DNA of 32,000 bases from Bellilinea caldifistulae (GCF_001306055.1 NZ_LGHJ01000013.1:30001-62000); one strand, 5' to 3'. Counted from the first letter of the stretch, positions 8,797 through 17,856 are shown. The notes: generated by a model not told the origin, from the sequence alone. Translations and numbers: made by a program.

Positions 8797-10157
8797 AAGC
8801 GATAGGCCTCCCCTCTTTCCTCGAAATCTTTGAATGCGTCAAAACTGGTACAGCCCGGAGAAAGCAACACCACATCTCCGGCCTCAGCCACCTGGGCAGC
8901 CGCCAGAACGGCCTCTTCCAGGCGCTCACAGCGGGTAATCGTAATAGGCCTTTCTCCAGGGGCTGGTCTTCCAATTGCCTGCTGAATCTTGCCAGCGGCT
9001 TCACCAAACAAGACCACATGATCTACCCGCTGACGAATATCGGCAGCCAGTTCTTCCCACGGCAGGTGCTTATCTCGTCCGCCCAACAGTAAAACAAGCG
9101 GCTCGCTGAAAGCCCGCAGAGCGGCTCGAACCCGCTCTGGTGCAGTTGCAATTGAGTCGTTGTACCACTGTACTCCCCGCCATGTGCGCACATACTCAAG
9201 CCGATGCGCCACGCCCCTAAAGCCGCTCACACCCGCCCGGATGGACTCCACCGAAAAGCCAGCCGCCAGAGCGATCGCACAGGCTGCCAGCACGTTCAAG
9301 CGATTGTGCTCACCCCGCAACAAAATCTCGCTGGCGGGGAACAGGGCAGACCGTTCACCGTTATGCTGCCACCAGATGAGCCCCTCTTCCAGATACGTAC
9401 CGTCTAATTCAGGCGATGGCCGTTCAAAGCCAAAGGTGACCAGTTTTCCCTTTATCCGGTGGCGTAATCCCCACGAACCACTGTCCTCGCGGTTTAGGAT
9501 GGCCACATCGCCGCTCCGTTGAAAATCAATAATATGAGCTTTAGCAGCCGTATAGGCTTCCATTGTTTTATGCCGGTCAAGGTGATTGGGGGTGATATTC
9601 AAAACCGCTGCTACTTGTGGAGAGTTGCTCATCAATTCCAGTTGAAAACTGGAAAGTTCCAGCACCACCCGGTCGTGTGGCTGGATTTTTTCCAGATCCT
9701 CGATCAGCGGATTGCCAATATTGCCGCCCACCCAGGCTTGCTGTGGCGGTTGAACATCCGCCTGCGCCATCCGCCCAACCAGGGCTGTGGTGGTGGTCTT
9801 ACCAGCCGAGCCGGTAATCCCGATCACCGGGGCAGAAACCTGTTCCATGAATAATTGTGAATCGTTGGAGAGAGGGATACCCCGTCGGACAGCCTCCACC
9901 AGCAACGGCAAATCCAAAGGCACACCCCCCGACACAAAGACCACATCCACACCTTCCAGCAGATGCAGCGGATGACCGCCTGCGTGCCATTCGACCTTAA
10001 ACCCCCGCAGCGCAGCTTTTTCATCCTGCAATTGATCATCAGGACGCTGATCATTCACAATAACCTGCGCGCCTTTACTGGCCAGAAAGCGGCTGAGCGC
10101 CAACCCCTGCCGGGCGGCTCCGATAACCAGTACACGCTTTTCCTGCCAGTTCTTCAT
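8775..10157 (-). CDS. murD: UDP-N-acetylmuramoylalanine--D-glutamate ligase
   Basis: N-terminal Rossmann VLVIGAARQGLALSRFL and P-loop GITGSAGKTTTTAL. I placed the start at ATG 10157 (MKNWQEKRVLVIG), 2 nt after the mraY stop. The ORF-track extension would overlap mraY. Confidence 0.92.
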   Translation of the reverse strand: MKNWQEKRVLVIGAARQGLALSRFLASKGAQVIVNDQRPDDQLQDEKAALRGFKVEWHAGGHPLHLLEGVDVVFVSGGVPLDLPLLVEAVRRGIPLSNDSQLFMEQVSAPVIGITGSAGKTTTTALVGRMAQADVQPPQQAWVGGNIGNPLIEDLEKIQPHDRVVLELSSFQLELMSNSPQVAAVLNITPNHLDRHKTMEAYTAAKAHIIDFQRSGDVAILNREDSGSWGLRHRIKGKLVTFGFERPSPELDGTYLEEGLIWWQHNGERSALFPASEILLRGEHNRLNVLAACAIALAAGFSVESIRAGVSGFRGVAHRLEYVRTWRGVQWYNDSIATAPERVRAALRAFSEPLVLLLGGRDKHLPWEELAADIRQRVDHVVLFGEAAGKIQQAIGRPAPGERPITITRCERLEEAVLAAAQVAEAGDVVLLSPGCTSFDAFKDFEERGEAYRLWVNQLS

Positions 10158-10159
10158 CT

Positions 10160-11152
10160 TCACACCACCGCCAGTGCCACACCCAACATGGCAAACAGTA
10201 GACTCACCAGCCAGAAACGCTGCACCACCTGGGTTTCGCTCCAACCCCCCAATTCAAAGTGATAGTGCAATGGGGCCATGCGGAAGAATCGTTTCCCTTT
10301 GGTGGCTTTGAAGTACAGGATTTGGATAACCACGCTCAATGCCTCGCTCACCGGGATGATGGCAATCACCGGCAACAACAGCCATTGACCGGTCATCAAC
10401 GCCACGACAGCCAGCGTGGCCCCAATCGAGAGCGAGCCGGTATCTCCCATGAACAATTCTGCCGGATGAACGTTGAACCACAAAAATCCGAAAATCGCTC
10501 CCACCAGCGTAAAGCAGAAGCGCGCCAGAAAGACCTGATCTTGCAGCAGAGCGATTCCGCCATATGCCGCAAAGGCTGTCGCGGCAATCAGGCCTGCCAA
10601 TCCATCCAGTCCATCTGTGAAGTTGACGGCATTCGACATTCCAACGATGATGAATGCTGCAATCGGGATGTAAAAAATGCCCAGAGAAATCGGCTCATCA
10701 AAACCCGGCCAGAACATTTCTGGAACCTGCAGAACGTACTTCAAACCAAAGGCAATACCAAGGGCTAAAATCAACTGGAAAATAAACTTGGTACGTGCCC
10801 GCATGCCTAAACCGCGCCGCGGGCCACGGATTCCTTCCCAATCATCCAGGGCGCCCAAAATCGAATACGACAGCAAGACCAACAGAGGCAGCAGCACCGA
10901 ACGTCCTAAAACGGTTACGCCGATCAACGAGGCCGCATTCAGCAGGATGGTCAGCAACATCACCGGCAGCAAGATCATCACCCCGCCCATGGTGGGGGTT
11001 CCCATCTTGGTGAAATGGCGATCCGGCTCTTCAACCCGGATGATTTTGCCAATCCGAAAATGACGCAGAACCCGCAGCAACGGCGGCCCCCAGATGATTG
11101 CCAGCATAAAACTAAAACCACTCAGTGCTAGCGCCAGGGATGTCTCTCTCAT
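10160..11152 (-). CDS. mraY: Phospho-N-acetylmuramoyl-pentapeptide-transferase
   Basis: 330-aa polytopic ORF with MraY motifs NAVNFTDGLDGLA, MGDTGSLSIG and HYHFE. ATGA overlap with the murF stop. Confidence 0.95.
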   Translation of the reverse strand: MRETSLALALSGFSFMLAIIWGPPLLRVLRHFRIGKIIRVEEPDRHFTKMGTPTMGGVMILLPVMLLTILLNAASLIGVTVLGRSVLLPLLVLLSYSILGALDDWEGIRGPRRGLGMRARTKFIFQLILALGIAFGLKYVLQVPEMFWPGFDEPISLGIFYIPIAAFIIVGMSNAVNFTDGLDGLAGLIAATAFAAYGGIALLQDQVFLARFCFTLVGAIFGFLWFNVHPAELFMGDTGSLSIGATLAVVALMTGQWLLLPVIAIIPVSEALSVVIQILYFKATKGKRFFRMAPLHYHFELGGWSETQVVQRFWLVSLLFAMLGVALAVV

Positions 11153-12570
11153 GATTCGACCTCCAATGCGGCTGCGATGCGATCCATTCGTAAACCATGC
11201 GAACCTTTGACCAATGCCACATCCCCTTCGCGCAACATTCCACGCAGCAAGTCGGTTGCCTGATCCACCCCATCGGTGATGTGAATTTTTTCGGCAGGCA
11301 GGCCGGCTTTGCGAGCCGACTCGGCAATCATTCGCGCCAGATTTCCAACAGTAATTAAGGTATCGGCCACTTCTGCGGCACGCATTCCCACTTTTTCATG
11401 ACCTTGTTTCTCGTAAATTCCCAGTTCCAGCATATCTCCCAGTACTGCAATCTTCCTGCCGTTGATTTCCGACAAAAGATTCAAAGCTGCCAGGGTAGAT
11501 TCAGGGGCGGCGTTGTAGGAATCGTCCAGGATCATCGCTCCGTTGCTCAAATTGACCGTAACCATTCGTAATTGAGACTGGCTGTGCTGCAAGGCATAAA
11601 TGATCTCCTGCCAGCTGACTCCCATGACCAGCCCAACCGCCACCGCTCGTAAAATCGTGTGAACCGAGTGACGACCGATGATCGGAACGCGCAGATGAAT
11701 CACGTCGTTGCGAAAATGCAAGCGGAAACGAATGCCCTTCAATCCCAGTCCTTCAATCTGGTCAGCCCTCAGGTCAGCATCGGCATCCAGACCATAGGTG
11801 AATAACTGAGCACGGGTTTTGTCTGCCATCCAGCGCACCCACGGGTCATCCCAATTCAGAATGGCTACTCCTGCGGGTGCGGGGGGCAGTGCCTGCACCA
11901 GCTCTGACTTACCGGTGGCAATCGCCTCCTGCGAGCCGGCCCTCTCAACGTGGACGGTACCGATGCTGGTGATTACGCCCACCTGGGGTTGGGCAATTTC
12001 GCACAAAAAGGCAATTTCGCCGGGTACATAAAAACCCATTTCCAGTACAGCCGCCTGATGCGCTGCAGTTAGGCGCAACAGGGTGAGCGGTAACCCAATT
12101 TCATTATTTAAATTTCCCTGTGTTTTCAAAACCCGGTAACGCTGCGCCAGAACCTCGGCAATCAGTTCTTTGGTAGTGGTTTTTCCCACCGAACCGGTAA
12201 TCCCAATCACACGCAGGTCATGTTTGCGGCGCCAGTAAGCCGCCAATTTTTGTAAACTTAGCAGGGTATCCTCCACCCGAATGCAGAACGGCGGGGGCGG
12301 CACTTCCAAACCATTCTTGGGGTCAAAAGTGCGTAAATCCACGATTGGGCGGTCAACCTCCACCTCACGCTGAACCAAAGCCAGATGCGCTCCCCGCTCA
12401 AAAGCCGCCCGAACAAACTCGTGGCCATCGCTGCGCTCACCCTTTAACGCAACGAACAACGAACCCGGAATCAACTGGCGTGAATCGACTGCAGCCTCAC
12501 TGATTACCAGCGAGGCAGCTTGGGGTCTGACACCACTCAGGGCTTCGAATACATCCGCCAGCGTTAGCAT
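11149..12570 (-). CDS. murF: UDP-N-acetylmuramoyl-tripeptide--D-alanyl-D-alanine ligase
   Basis: MurF-type N-terminus (DSRQLIPGSLFVALKGERSDGHEF) and P-loop GITGSVGKTTTKE. GAGGTGA lies 7 nt upstream of the ATG. Confidence 0.92.
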   Translation of the reverse strand: MLTLADVFEALSGVRPQAASLVISEAAVDSRQLIPGSLFVALKGERSDGHEFVRAAFERGAHLALVQREVEVDRPIVDLRTFDPKNGLEVPPPPFCIRVEDTLLSLQKLAAYWRRKHDLRVIGITGSVGKTTTKELIAEVLAQRYRVLKTQGNLNNEIGLPLTLLRLTAAHQAAVLEMGFYVPGEIAFLCEIAQPQVGVITSIGTVHVERAGSQEAIATGKSELVQALPPAPAGVAILNWDDPWVRWMADKTRAQLFTYGLDADADLRADQIEGLGLKGIRFRLHFRNDVIHLRVPIIGRHSVHTILRAVAVGLVMGVSWQEIIYALQHSQSQLRMVTVNLSNGAMILDDSYNAAPESTLAALNLLSEINGRKIAVLGDMLELGIYEKQGHEKVGMRAAEVADTLITVGNLARMIAESARKAGLPAEKIHITDGVDQATDLLRGMLREGDVALVKGSHGLRMDRIAAALEVES

Positions 12571-12582
12571 ATCTTCATCACC

Positions 12583-14352
12583 TCATGGACTTGCCAGTTG
12601 CTGCCTGACTTCATCAGGTGGAATTTTCATCAAAACCACCAGTTCCTCCACCGCCTGACTGAACACCGGGGCCGCCACTACCGAGCCCCATGGTGAACTG
12701 GTTGGTTTTTCCAGCCAGACATACACAATAAAGCGGGGATCATCCACCGGACCCCATCCCACAAAAGAAGCGTTGGTCATATTGGTGTATCCGCCAGGGC
12801 CAGGAATTTCGGCAGTTCCCGTTTTTCCGGCGACCCGGTACCCTTCAACCAGCGCATTGGAAGCTTCGTTTTCAAGTGAAACCGCCAGCATTTCGGTAAT
12901 CGTCCGGGCTGTCTCCGGCTTGACAACCTGACGAATCACGCGGGGGTTCACTGTGTATTGAACCCCATCTTGAATATAGGCCTTGACGACATGCGGAGCC
13001 ATCATTTTACCCTCGTTCGCCATAGCTGCAATTGCTGTGATCATCTGAATGGGAGTCGTTGCGACACCCTGACCAAATGAGTTGGTGCCCAGATTGACCG
13101 GATACCAGTTCGAGTCGCCGGGCAAACTCAGCGGATAAACCTGCTCACCCGCCAGGTCAATGCCGGTATAACGCCCAATTCCAAAGTCTTGTAGATATTT
13201 GTAGAACTGGGTTGGTCCTAATTCTTGAGCCACCCACGCCAGGCATACATTTAAAGAGTGCTGCATACAGCCTACCATGTCCTGAGGGCCCCACGCCCCG
13301 CGGTCCCAGTTGTAGATCCAGATACCGCCCACTTCAATTGCGCCGACGTCCACGAATGGCGTTTCTGGCTGAACGGCACCGGCATCAATTGCAGCTGCCA
13401 TCGTCAACACTTTGAAGACTGAACCGGGTTCGTATAACTGGCTGATAGCACGGTTAAAGTAGCTGCCAACCGGGAAAATCTCGTCGTAGCGCCAGTATTC
13501 GTTAGGATTGAAGTGTGGCGTTGTTGCCATCGCCAGAATTTCACCCGTCTTTGGGTCCATTACCACTAATGTGCCCGATTCTGCGCCGTTTTCTTTGACG
13601 GCTTGATCAATAATTCGCTCCATGGCTGCCTGAATATCCCGATCCAGCGAGGTAATCAGGCTGGCGCCGGGTGGAATTTCAGGTATTTCCTGAATTTCGG
13701 TGGGATTTAGCGGCAGGACGACCTGCTGTTTGTTCCCTGCAAGCAGGTTATTATACTGCTCTTCCAGCCCCAGCATACCCCTGCCATTCCAGCGATCCAG
13801 AAAATTGTAAAAGCCAAGCACATTTGCAGCCAGTTCATTTTCAGGATAACTGCGGATGAGATGCGCCTTCCAATAGACACCCGCCAGTGACGGGGGAGCG
13901 CCTTTTTTGGGTTTTTCTGCATTCTCGTATTCTGCCAGTTTTTGTTCCAGTTGGCGTATCTTATCGGCCGGCACAAAATCCTTGATCAATTCGTAACGTT
14001 CGTTTCCTTCTTTTCGAAACGACTCGGCTTTGCGAAGGGTATCATAATAATCCACATCAAGCACAGCCGCCAGGTCTCTCGCCACGGTTTCGGGATTGGC
14101 CACTTGCGGCGGAGCAATACCTACCTCGTAAACCTCTTTGTTCCCGGCCAGCAAATTTCCCCATCGGTCATAAATATTGCCCCGTTCGGGCAAAATGATC
14201 CGCACCTGCTGATTGTAGGTTCTGGCAAACATCTCCACCAGTTGACGGGAATGCTCGCTGTTTTGAATGCGGATCATCTGATAAACAATCGCCGCACTAA
14301 GCAAAACAAATACTGCACCGATCAACCGCATCCGCCCAGCGCCATCGTTCAT
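12583..14352 (-). CDS. ftsI: Class B penicillin-binding protein / peptidoglycan D,D-transpeptidase FtsI
   Basis: N-terminal TM anchor (MRLIGAVFVLLSAAIVY), PBP dimerisation region, and transpeptidase motifs SVFK (SxxK), SLN (SxN) and KTGT. I placed the start at ATG 14352 (ATGA overlap with the stop of the upstream FtsL-like gene). Confidence 0.9.
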   Translation of the reverse strand: MNDGAGRMRLIGAVFVLLSAAIVYQMIRIQNSEHSRQLVEMFARTYNQQVRIILPERGNIYDRWGNLLAGNKEVYEVGIAPPQVANPETVARDLAAVLDVDYYDTLRKAESFRKEGNERYELIKDFVPADKIRQLEQKLAEYENAEKPKKGAPPSLAGVYWKAHLIRSYPENELAANVLGFYNFLDRWNGRGMLGLEEQYNNLLAGNKQQVVLPLNPTEIQEIPEIPPGASLITSLDRDIQAAMERIIDQAVKENGAESGTLVVMDPKTGEILAMATTPHFNPNEYWRYDEIFPVGSYFNRAISQLYEPGSVFKVLTMAAAIDAGAVQPETPFVDVGAIEVGGIWIYNWDRGAWGPQDMVGCMQHSLNVCLAWVAQELGPTQFYKYLQDFGIGRYTGIDLAGEQVYPLSLPGDSNWYPVNLGTNSFGQGVATTPIQMITAIAAMANEGKMMAPHVVKAYIQDGVQYTVNPRVIRQVVKPETARTITEMLAVSLENEASNALVEGYRVAGKTGTAEIPGPGGYTNMTNASFVGWGPVDDPRFIVYVWLEKPTSSPWGSVVAAPVFSQAVEELVVLMKIPPDEVRQQLASP

Positions 14353-14822
14353 TGGCCCTGCCCCCCTCTCGTGTTCAAATACTGATAAGCCGTCTGGTAG
14401 AACAAATCCCAAAGCGACTGGGTATATGCCGGACGCAGCAGTTTGTTTTCACGCATCACCGAGGTGGGGGGCGGCGCCAAAAAGACCACCTCACGACCGG
14501 ACACCCCCGCCGCCGGTAGATAAACCAGATCTTCACGTTCCACTGGCCGAAAGCCCAGTTTCTCGGCCCGCTCCAGCATCACCTGGGAGGAATTCAGTAA
14601 AGCCAGCTGGGTGCGCATATCCGCAATTCGAATTGCCAATCCCTCGCGTTCCACCTCAAGCGCTTTTATGCGCGCCCCCGTTTCTGCAGCCCGTCCGCTT
14701 ACATACAAATACACACCGGCAATCAGCATCCCCGCCACCAGTATCAGCAAAAACAAACCAATCCACTGGAGCTGTACGCGCCATGGAGCTTGGCGATAGG
14801 CTTGAATTATTCGCTGATTCAT
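14349..14822 (-). CDS. FtsL/DivIC-like bitopic cell division protein
   Basis: 157 aa starting at ATG 14822 (MNQRIIQ), with GGAG about 10 nt upstream. It has a short cytoplasmic N-terminus, one TM (WIGLFLLILVAGMLIAGVYLYV) and then a coiled-coil-like segment (RIKALEVEREGLAIRIADMRTQLALL). It occupies the canonical ftsL slot between rsmH and ftsI. Sequence similarity to FtsL itself is not recognisable by eye. Confidence 0.6.
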   Translation of the reverse strand: MNQRIIQAYRQAPWRVQLQWIGLFLLILVAGMLIAGVYLYVSGRAAETGARIKALEVEREGLAIRIADMRTQLALLNSSQVMLERAEKLGFRPVEREDLVYLPAAGVSGREVVFLAPPPTSVMRENKLLRPAYTQSLWDLFYQTAYQYLNTRGGQGQ

Positions 14823-14890
14823 CTTGGATGTTACTCCGTTCTGAGTTGGTTGAATTCTCTCGGTGGAATGAATGCAATTGTCGTGCCAGT

Positions 14891-15844
14891 TTAGAGTTTT
14901 TCGGCAACGCGCAATTTTGCGCTCCGGGATCTGGGGTTGGTTGCGATTTCCTCGGCTGAGGGAAGGATGGGCTTGCGGGTAAGTTCCCGCAAGGTGGCGC
15001 GGTGATGACAGGTACAAACCGGCTGCTCCGGGGGGCAGATGCAGTCGCGGCTTTCGCGGCGGAAGAATTGTTTGATGATGCGGTCTTCCAGGGAATGAAA
15101 CGAAATCACCGCCAGTCTGCCGCCGCTCGCCAGGACTTCGACTGCGTCCGGAAGGACTTGCTCCAGACCGCGCAGTTCGTCGTTGACAGCAATCCGCAAA
15201 GCCTGAAAAGTGCGGGTGGCCGGGTGGATGCGTTCTCGCTTCCCACCAACCGCCCGTTCGACTGCCTGAGCCAATGCCAGGGTTGTCGCCAGCGGACGCG
15301 AACGACAAATCTCGCGGGCAATCCGGCGGGCGTGGCGTTCTTCTCCGTACCGCCAGATCAAATCGGTCAACTCGTCTTCGGACAAAGTATTGACCAGATC
15401 TGCAGCACTCCGGCCGGTTGTTGGGTCAAAACGCATATCCAGCAGCCCGTTGGCAAGAAAGGAAAATCCCCGTTCGGCCTGATCCAATTGCATGGACGAG
15501 ACCCCCAGATCAAACACAATCCCGTTGACCTGCTCCCATCCGAGTCGACGCAGTTCCTCCCGCAATTGAATGTAGGAAGCATGGACGAGGATCACGCGCC
15601 GATGATACACAGACAGGCGCTGGCTCGCGATTGCCAGCGCCTGCGGGTCTTTGTCCAGCGCCAAAAGCTGCCCATCCGGCGCGCTTGCTTCCAGTATCCC
15701 CCAGGCATGCCCCCCGGCACCAACGGTCGCGTCAACGTATCTCCCCGGGCTTTGCGGCCTTAAAGCGTGTATAATTTCATGGTAAAGTACAGGTTGGTGG
15801 TGTGGGAATTCCTCCGCTTTGGTCATTCCTTTGCCACCGGTCAC
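14891..15844 (-). CDS. rsmH: 16S rRNA (cytosine1402-N4)-methyltransferase
   Basis: RsmH/MraW motifs HQPVLYHEII, DATVGAGGHA, DLGVSSMQLD and SFHSLEDRIIK. GTG 15844 overlaps the mraZ stop (GTGA). An alternative in-frame ATG lies at 15826. Confidence 0.94.
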   Translation of the reverse strand: MTGGKGMTKAEEFPHHQPVLYHEIIHALRPQSPGRYVDATVGAGGHAWGILEASAPDGQLLALDKDPQALAIASQRLSVYHRRVILVHASYIQLREELRRLGWEQVNGIVFDLGVSSMQLDQAERGFSFLANGLLDMRFDPTTGRSAADLVNTLSEDELTDLIWRYGEERHARRIAREICRSRPLATTLALAQAVERAVGGKRERIHPATRTFQALRIAVNDELRGLEQVLPDAVEVLASGGRLAVISFHSLEDRIIKQFFRRESRDCICPPEQPVCTCHHRATLRELTRKPILPSAEEIATNPRSRSAKLRVAEKL

Positions 15845-16278
15845 AGGCGGATATCGAAGGATGAAAACCGTTTTGCCGCCTGCTCAGAGTCTTCAATTTG
15901 TTTCACTCTTTGATTCCACAGTTCCGCCGCCCAGATTTCAAAGTAGTCTCCCGCCCCCACCACCACAACGGCAGTGTTCAAGCGGGCTTTTTCGCGCAGA
16001 TGCTGCGGAATCAGGACACGCCCAATCCGGTCCACTTCGACCCAAACGGCATTGGAAAAAATCCAGCGTTTGAGGTCACGGGCGTCTTCATCGGTCAGGC
16101 TGACTTTGCGAGTATTTTCTGCAATTTCCTTAAAGGAGGAAGCCGTCATCACCATCAAGTTTTGATCAAAACCAAGCGTCACATATGCACCACCCAGTTC
16201 AAGCAAATCCCGGTAACGGCTGGGTATCACCATCCGACCCTTTTCATCTATGGAATGCTCAAACTGGCCTAAGAACAT
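15841..16278 (-). CDS. mraZ: Transcriptional regulator MraZ
   Basis: 145 aa with the canonical N-terminus MFLGQFEHSIDEKGRMVIP and a second SpoVT-AbrB-like repeat (VDRIGRVLIP). It is the first gene of the dcw cluster. AAGGAG lies upstream of the ATG. Confidence 0.95.
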   Translation of the reverse strand: MFLGQFEHSIDEKGRMVIPSRYRDLLELGGAYVTLGFDQNLMVMTASSFKEIAENTRKVSLTDEDARDLKRWIFSNAVWVEVDRIGRVLIPQHLREKARLNTAVVVVGAGDYFEIWAAELWNQRVKQIEDSEQAAKRFSSFDIRL

Positions 16279-16327
16279 TTGTTCGATTTCTCCTTTTAAC
16301 AGCGCAACGCCGGTTGTCCGGCGCTTT

Positions 16328-16364
16328 CTACCACCTTAACCCACTATTTTCCAAAATCTACCAC
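16328..16364 (-). promoter_or_regulatory. Putative MraZ operator: four direct repeats with exact 10-bp phasing (GTGG, TTGG, GTGG, GTGG)
   Basis: The minus strand reads A-GTGG-TAGATT-TTGG-AAAATA-GTGG-GTTAAG-GTGG-TAG. The repeat cores on the plus strand are CCAC at 16331, 16341 and 16361, and CCAA at 16351. The array begins immediately downstream of the candidate -10, about 50-85 nt upstream of the mraZ ATG. Confidence 0.5.
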
Positions 16365-16365
16365 T

Positions 16366-16394
16366 AGTATAGCGGTTTTTGTTCCATTTTGCAA
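16366..16394 (-). promoter_or_regulatory. Candidate sigma70-type dcw promoter (TTGCAA-17 nt-TATACT)
   Basis: On the minus strand, -35 TTGCAA is at 16394..16389, the spacer is 17 nt, and -10 TATACT is at 16371..16366. The predicted TSS near 16359 falls inside the GTGG repeat array. Confidence 0.5.
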
Positions 16395-16438
16395 GTAGTT
16401 TGACAAAACTGTTAACTTTCCATTCCACCGAGGAGGCT

Positions 16439-17848
16439 ATGAACACAACTACCCACGATTTTCGCAACCTGTTTTGCGGCATGGATACGCCCGTCCCTAC
16501 CCTGAGCGGTAACACCGTACCTTATGTGAATCTCGATAATGCCGCATCCACCCCCGCCCTGCGCCATGTTCAGGAGAGTGTCAACCGTTTCTTGACCTTC
16601 TATTCCAGTGTGCATCGCGGCACCGGTTTTAAGAGCCAGCTTTCCACCCATGCCTACGAAGAATCCCGCACCCAAATGTTGAAATTTGTGGGCGCAGACC
16701 CCCAAAACCATCTGTGCATTTTTGGTAAAAATACTACCGAGGCCATTAACAAACTTGCCCGCCGGTTTCCGTTCTCACCCGAACGAAATATCGTCCTGAT
16801 CAGCCAGATGGAACATCACTCCAACGATCTACCGTGGCGGGCCGTGGCAACGGTGATTCACGTGCGCCTGCTGCCGGATGGAAGGCTGGATGAAACCCAC
16901 TTTGACGAATTGCTGCAAAAATACGGCAGCAGGGTGGCACTGGTGGCCATCAGCGGAGCCAGCAATGTGACCGGTTACATCAACCCAATTCACCGTCTGG
17001 CAGAAAAGGCTCACGCCGTCGGCGCCCAGATGATGGTGGACTGCGCCCAGCTTGCGCCTCATCGCCAAATCCGCATACTGCCTTTGGATGATCCTGCGCA
17101 TCTGGATTACATCGCGCTTTCGGCACATAAAATGTATGCCCCATTTGGCAGTGGAGCATTAATCGGACGGCGCGACATCTTTGAGCAAGGCGACCCCGAC
17201 CTGCGCGGTGGTGGTCAGGTTGAAATTGTCACCACCCGGCAAGTGGTCTGGTCCGCGCCGCCGGAGCGCGAAGAGGCCGGCAGCCCCAACACCATCGGGG
17301 CAATTGCCATGGCGGCTGCCGCCGCTCAGCTGGAAAAAATTGGCATGGAAACCGTTGCCGCACACGAAGCCGAACTGACCGCTTACGCGCTCCAACGCCT
17401 TCAAACCATAACCGGCATTAAAATCTACGGGGATACCCGCCCGGAGACCGCTGATCAACGTTTGGGAGTCATTCCCATCAATCTACCGGAGATTTCCCAC
17501 TTCCTCGTAGCAGCGGTTTTAGGTTACGAGTTCGGCATTGGGGTGCGCAATGGTTGTTTTTGCGCCCACCCCTACCTGCTCCACTTGCTTGGATTTAGCG
17601 AAGGTGAAGCCGAACAAATCCGCCAGCAGATGATCAGCGGTGACCGGCGCAATGCTCCCGGCATGGTGCGCATTTCTTTCGGTTTGTATAACTCCACCGC
17701 CGATGTTGATCGTCTGATTGACGCCTTACAGGCAATTCGTGCGGGTGATTACACCGGTCAATACCTGCAAAATCAGGCAACCGGCGAATTTTTACCGTTC
17801 GGCTGGCAAACGGATTACAAACAGTTTTTTACCTTTCAACCGCAGTAA
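16439..17848 (+). CDS. Class V aminotransferase fold, SufS/CsdA-like cysteine desulfurase family protein
   Basis: Motifs are NLDNAASTP, HHSNDLPW, SGASNVTGYINP, PLP-lysine SAHKMYAPFGSG and catalytic-Cys loop RNGCFCAHPY. I placed the start at ATG 16439, preceded by GAGGAGG. The ORF-track start at 16379 has no Shine-Dalgarno sequence. Confidence 0.85.
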   Translation: MNTTTHDFRNLFCGMDTPVPTLSGNTVPYVNLDNAASTPALRHVQESVNRFLTFYSSVHRGTGFKSQLSTHAYEESRTQMLKFVGADPQNHLCIFGKNTTEAINKLARRFPFSPERNIVLISQMEHHSNDLPWRAVATVIHVRLLPDGRLDETHFDELLQKYGSRVALVAISGASNVTGYINPIHRLAEKAHAVGAQMMVDCAQLAPHRQIRILPLDDPAHLDYIALSAHKMYAPFGSGALIGRRDIFEQGDPDLRGGGQVEIVTTRQVVWSAPPEREEAGSPNTIGAIAMAAAAAQLEKIGMETVAAHEAELTAYALQRLQTITGIKIYGDTRPETADQRLGVIPINLPEISHFLVAAVLGYEFGIGVRNGCFCAHPYLLHLLGFSEGEAEQIRQQMISGDRRNAPGMVRISFGLYNSTADVDRLIDALQAIRAGDYTGQYLQNQATGEFLPFGWQTDYKQFFTFQPQ

Positions 17849-17856
17849 AGGAGGCT

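Noticed and set aside
14823-15308. The long N-terminal part of ORF 14349..15308 (319 aa), which overlaps the 3' 418 nt of rsmH in another frame.
   Set aside because: The extension is a low-complexity Gly/Arg/Pro/Ser-rich translation typical of an off-frame read of a GC-rich gene. The recognisable FtsL-like topology begins only at ATG 14822, which has its own GGAG. I kept only 14349..14822.
15002-15763. A 253-aa plus-strand ORF antisense to rsmH. Similar long antisense or off-frame ORFs occur at 500..1117, 3884..4372, 7661..8068, 10259..10768, 13942..14385, 18496..18984, 29826..30314, 30277..30795 and 30509..31045.
   Set aside because: All lie wholly inside strongly supported conserved genes. 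Their Arg/Pro/Gly/Ser-rich composition has no recognisable motifs. They are the expected stop-poor shadow frames of moderately GC-rich coding DNA.
16399-16404. A consensus TTGACA hexamer upstream of the aminotransferase gene.
   Set aside because: No -10-like hexamer lies 16-19 nt downstream; TTAACT is only 6-7 nt away. It is therefore not a convincing promoter by itself.
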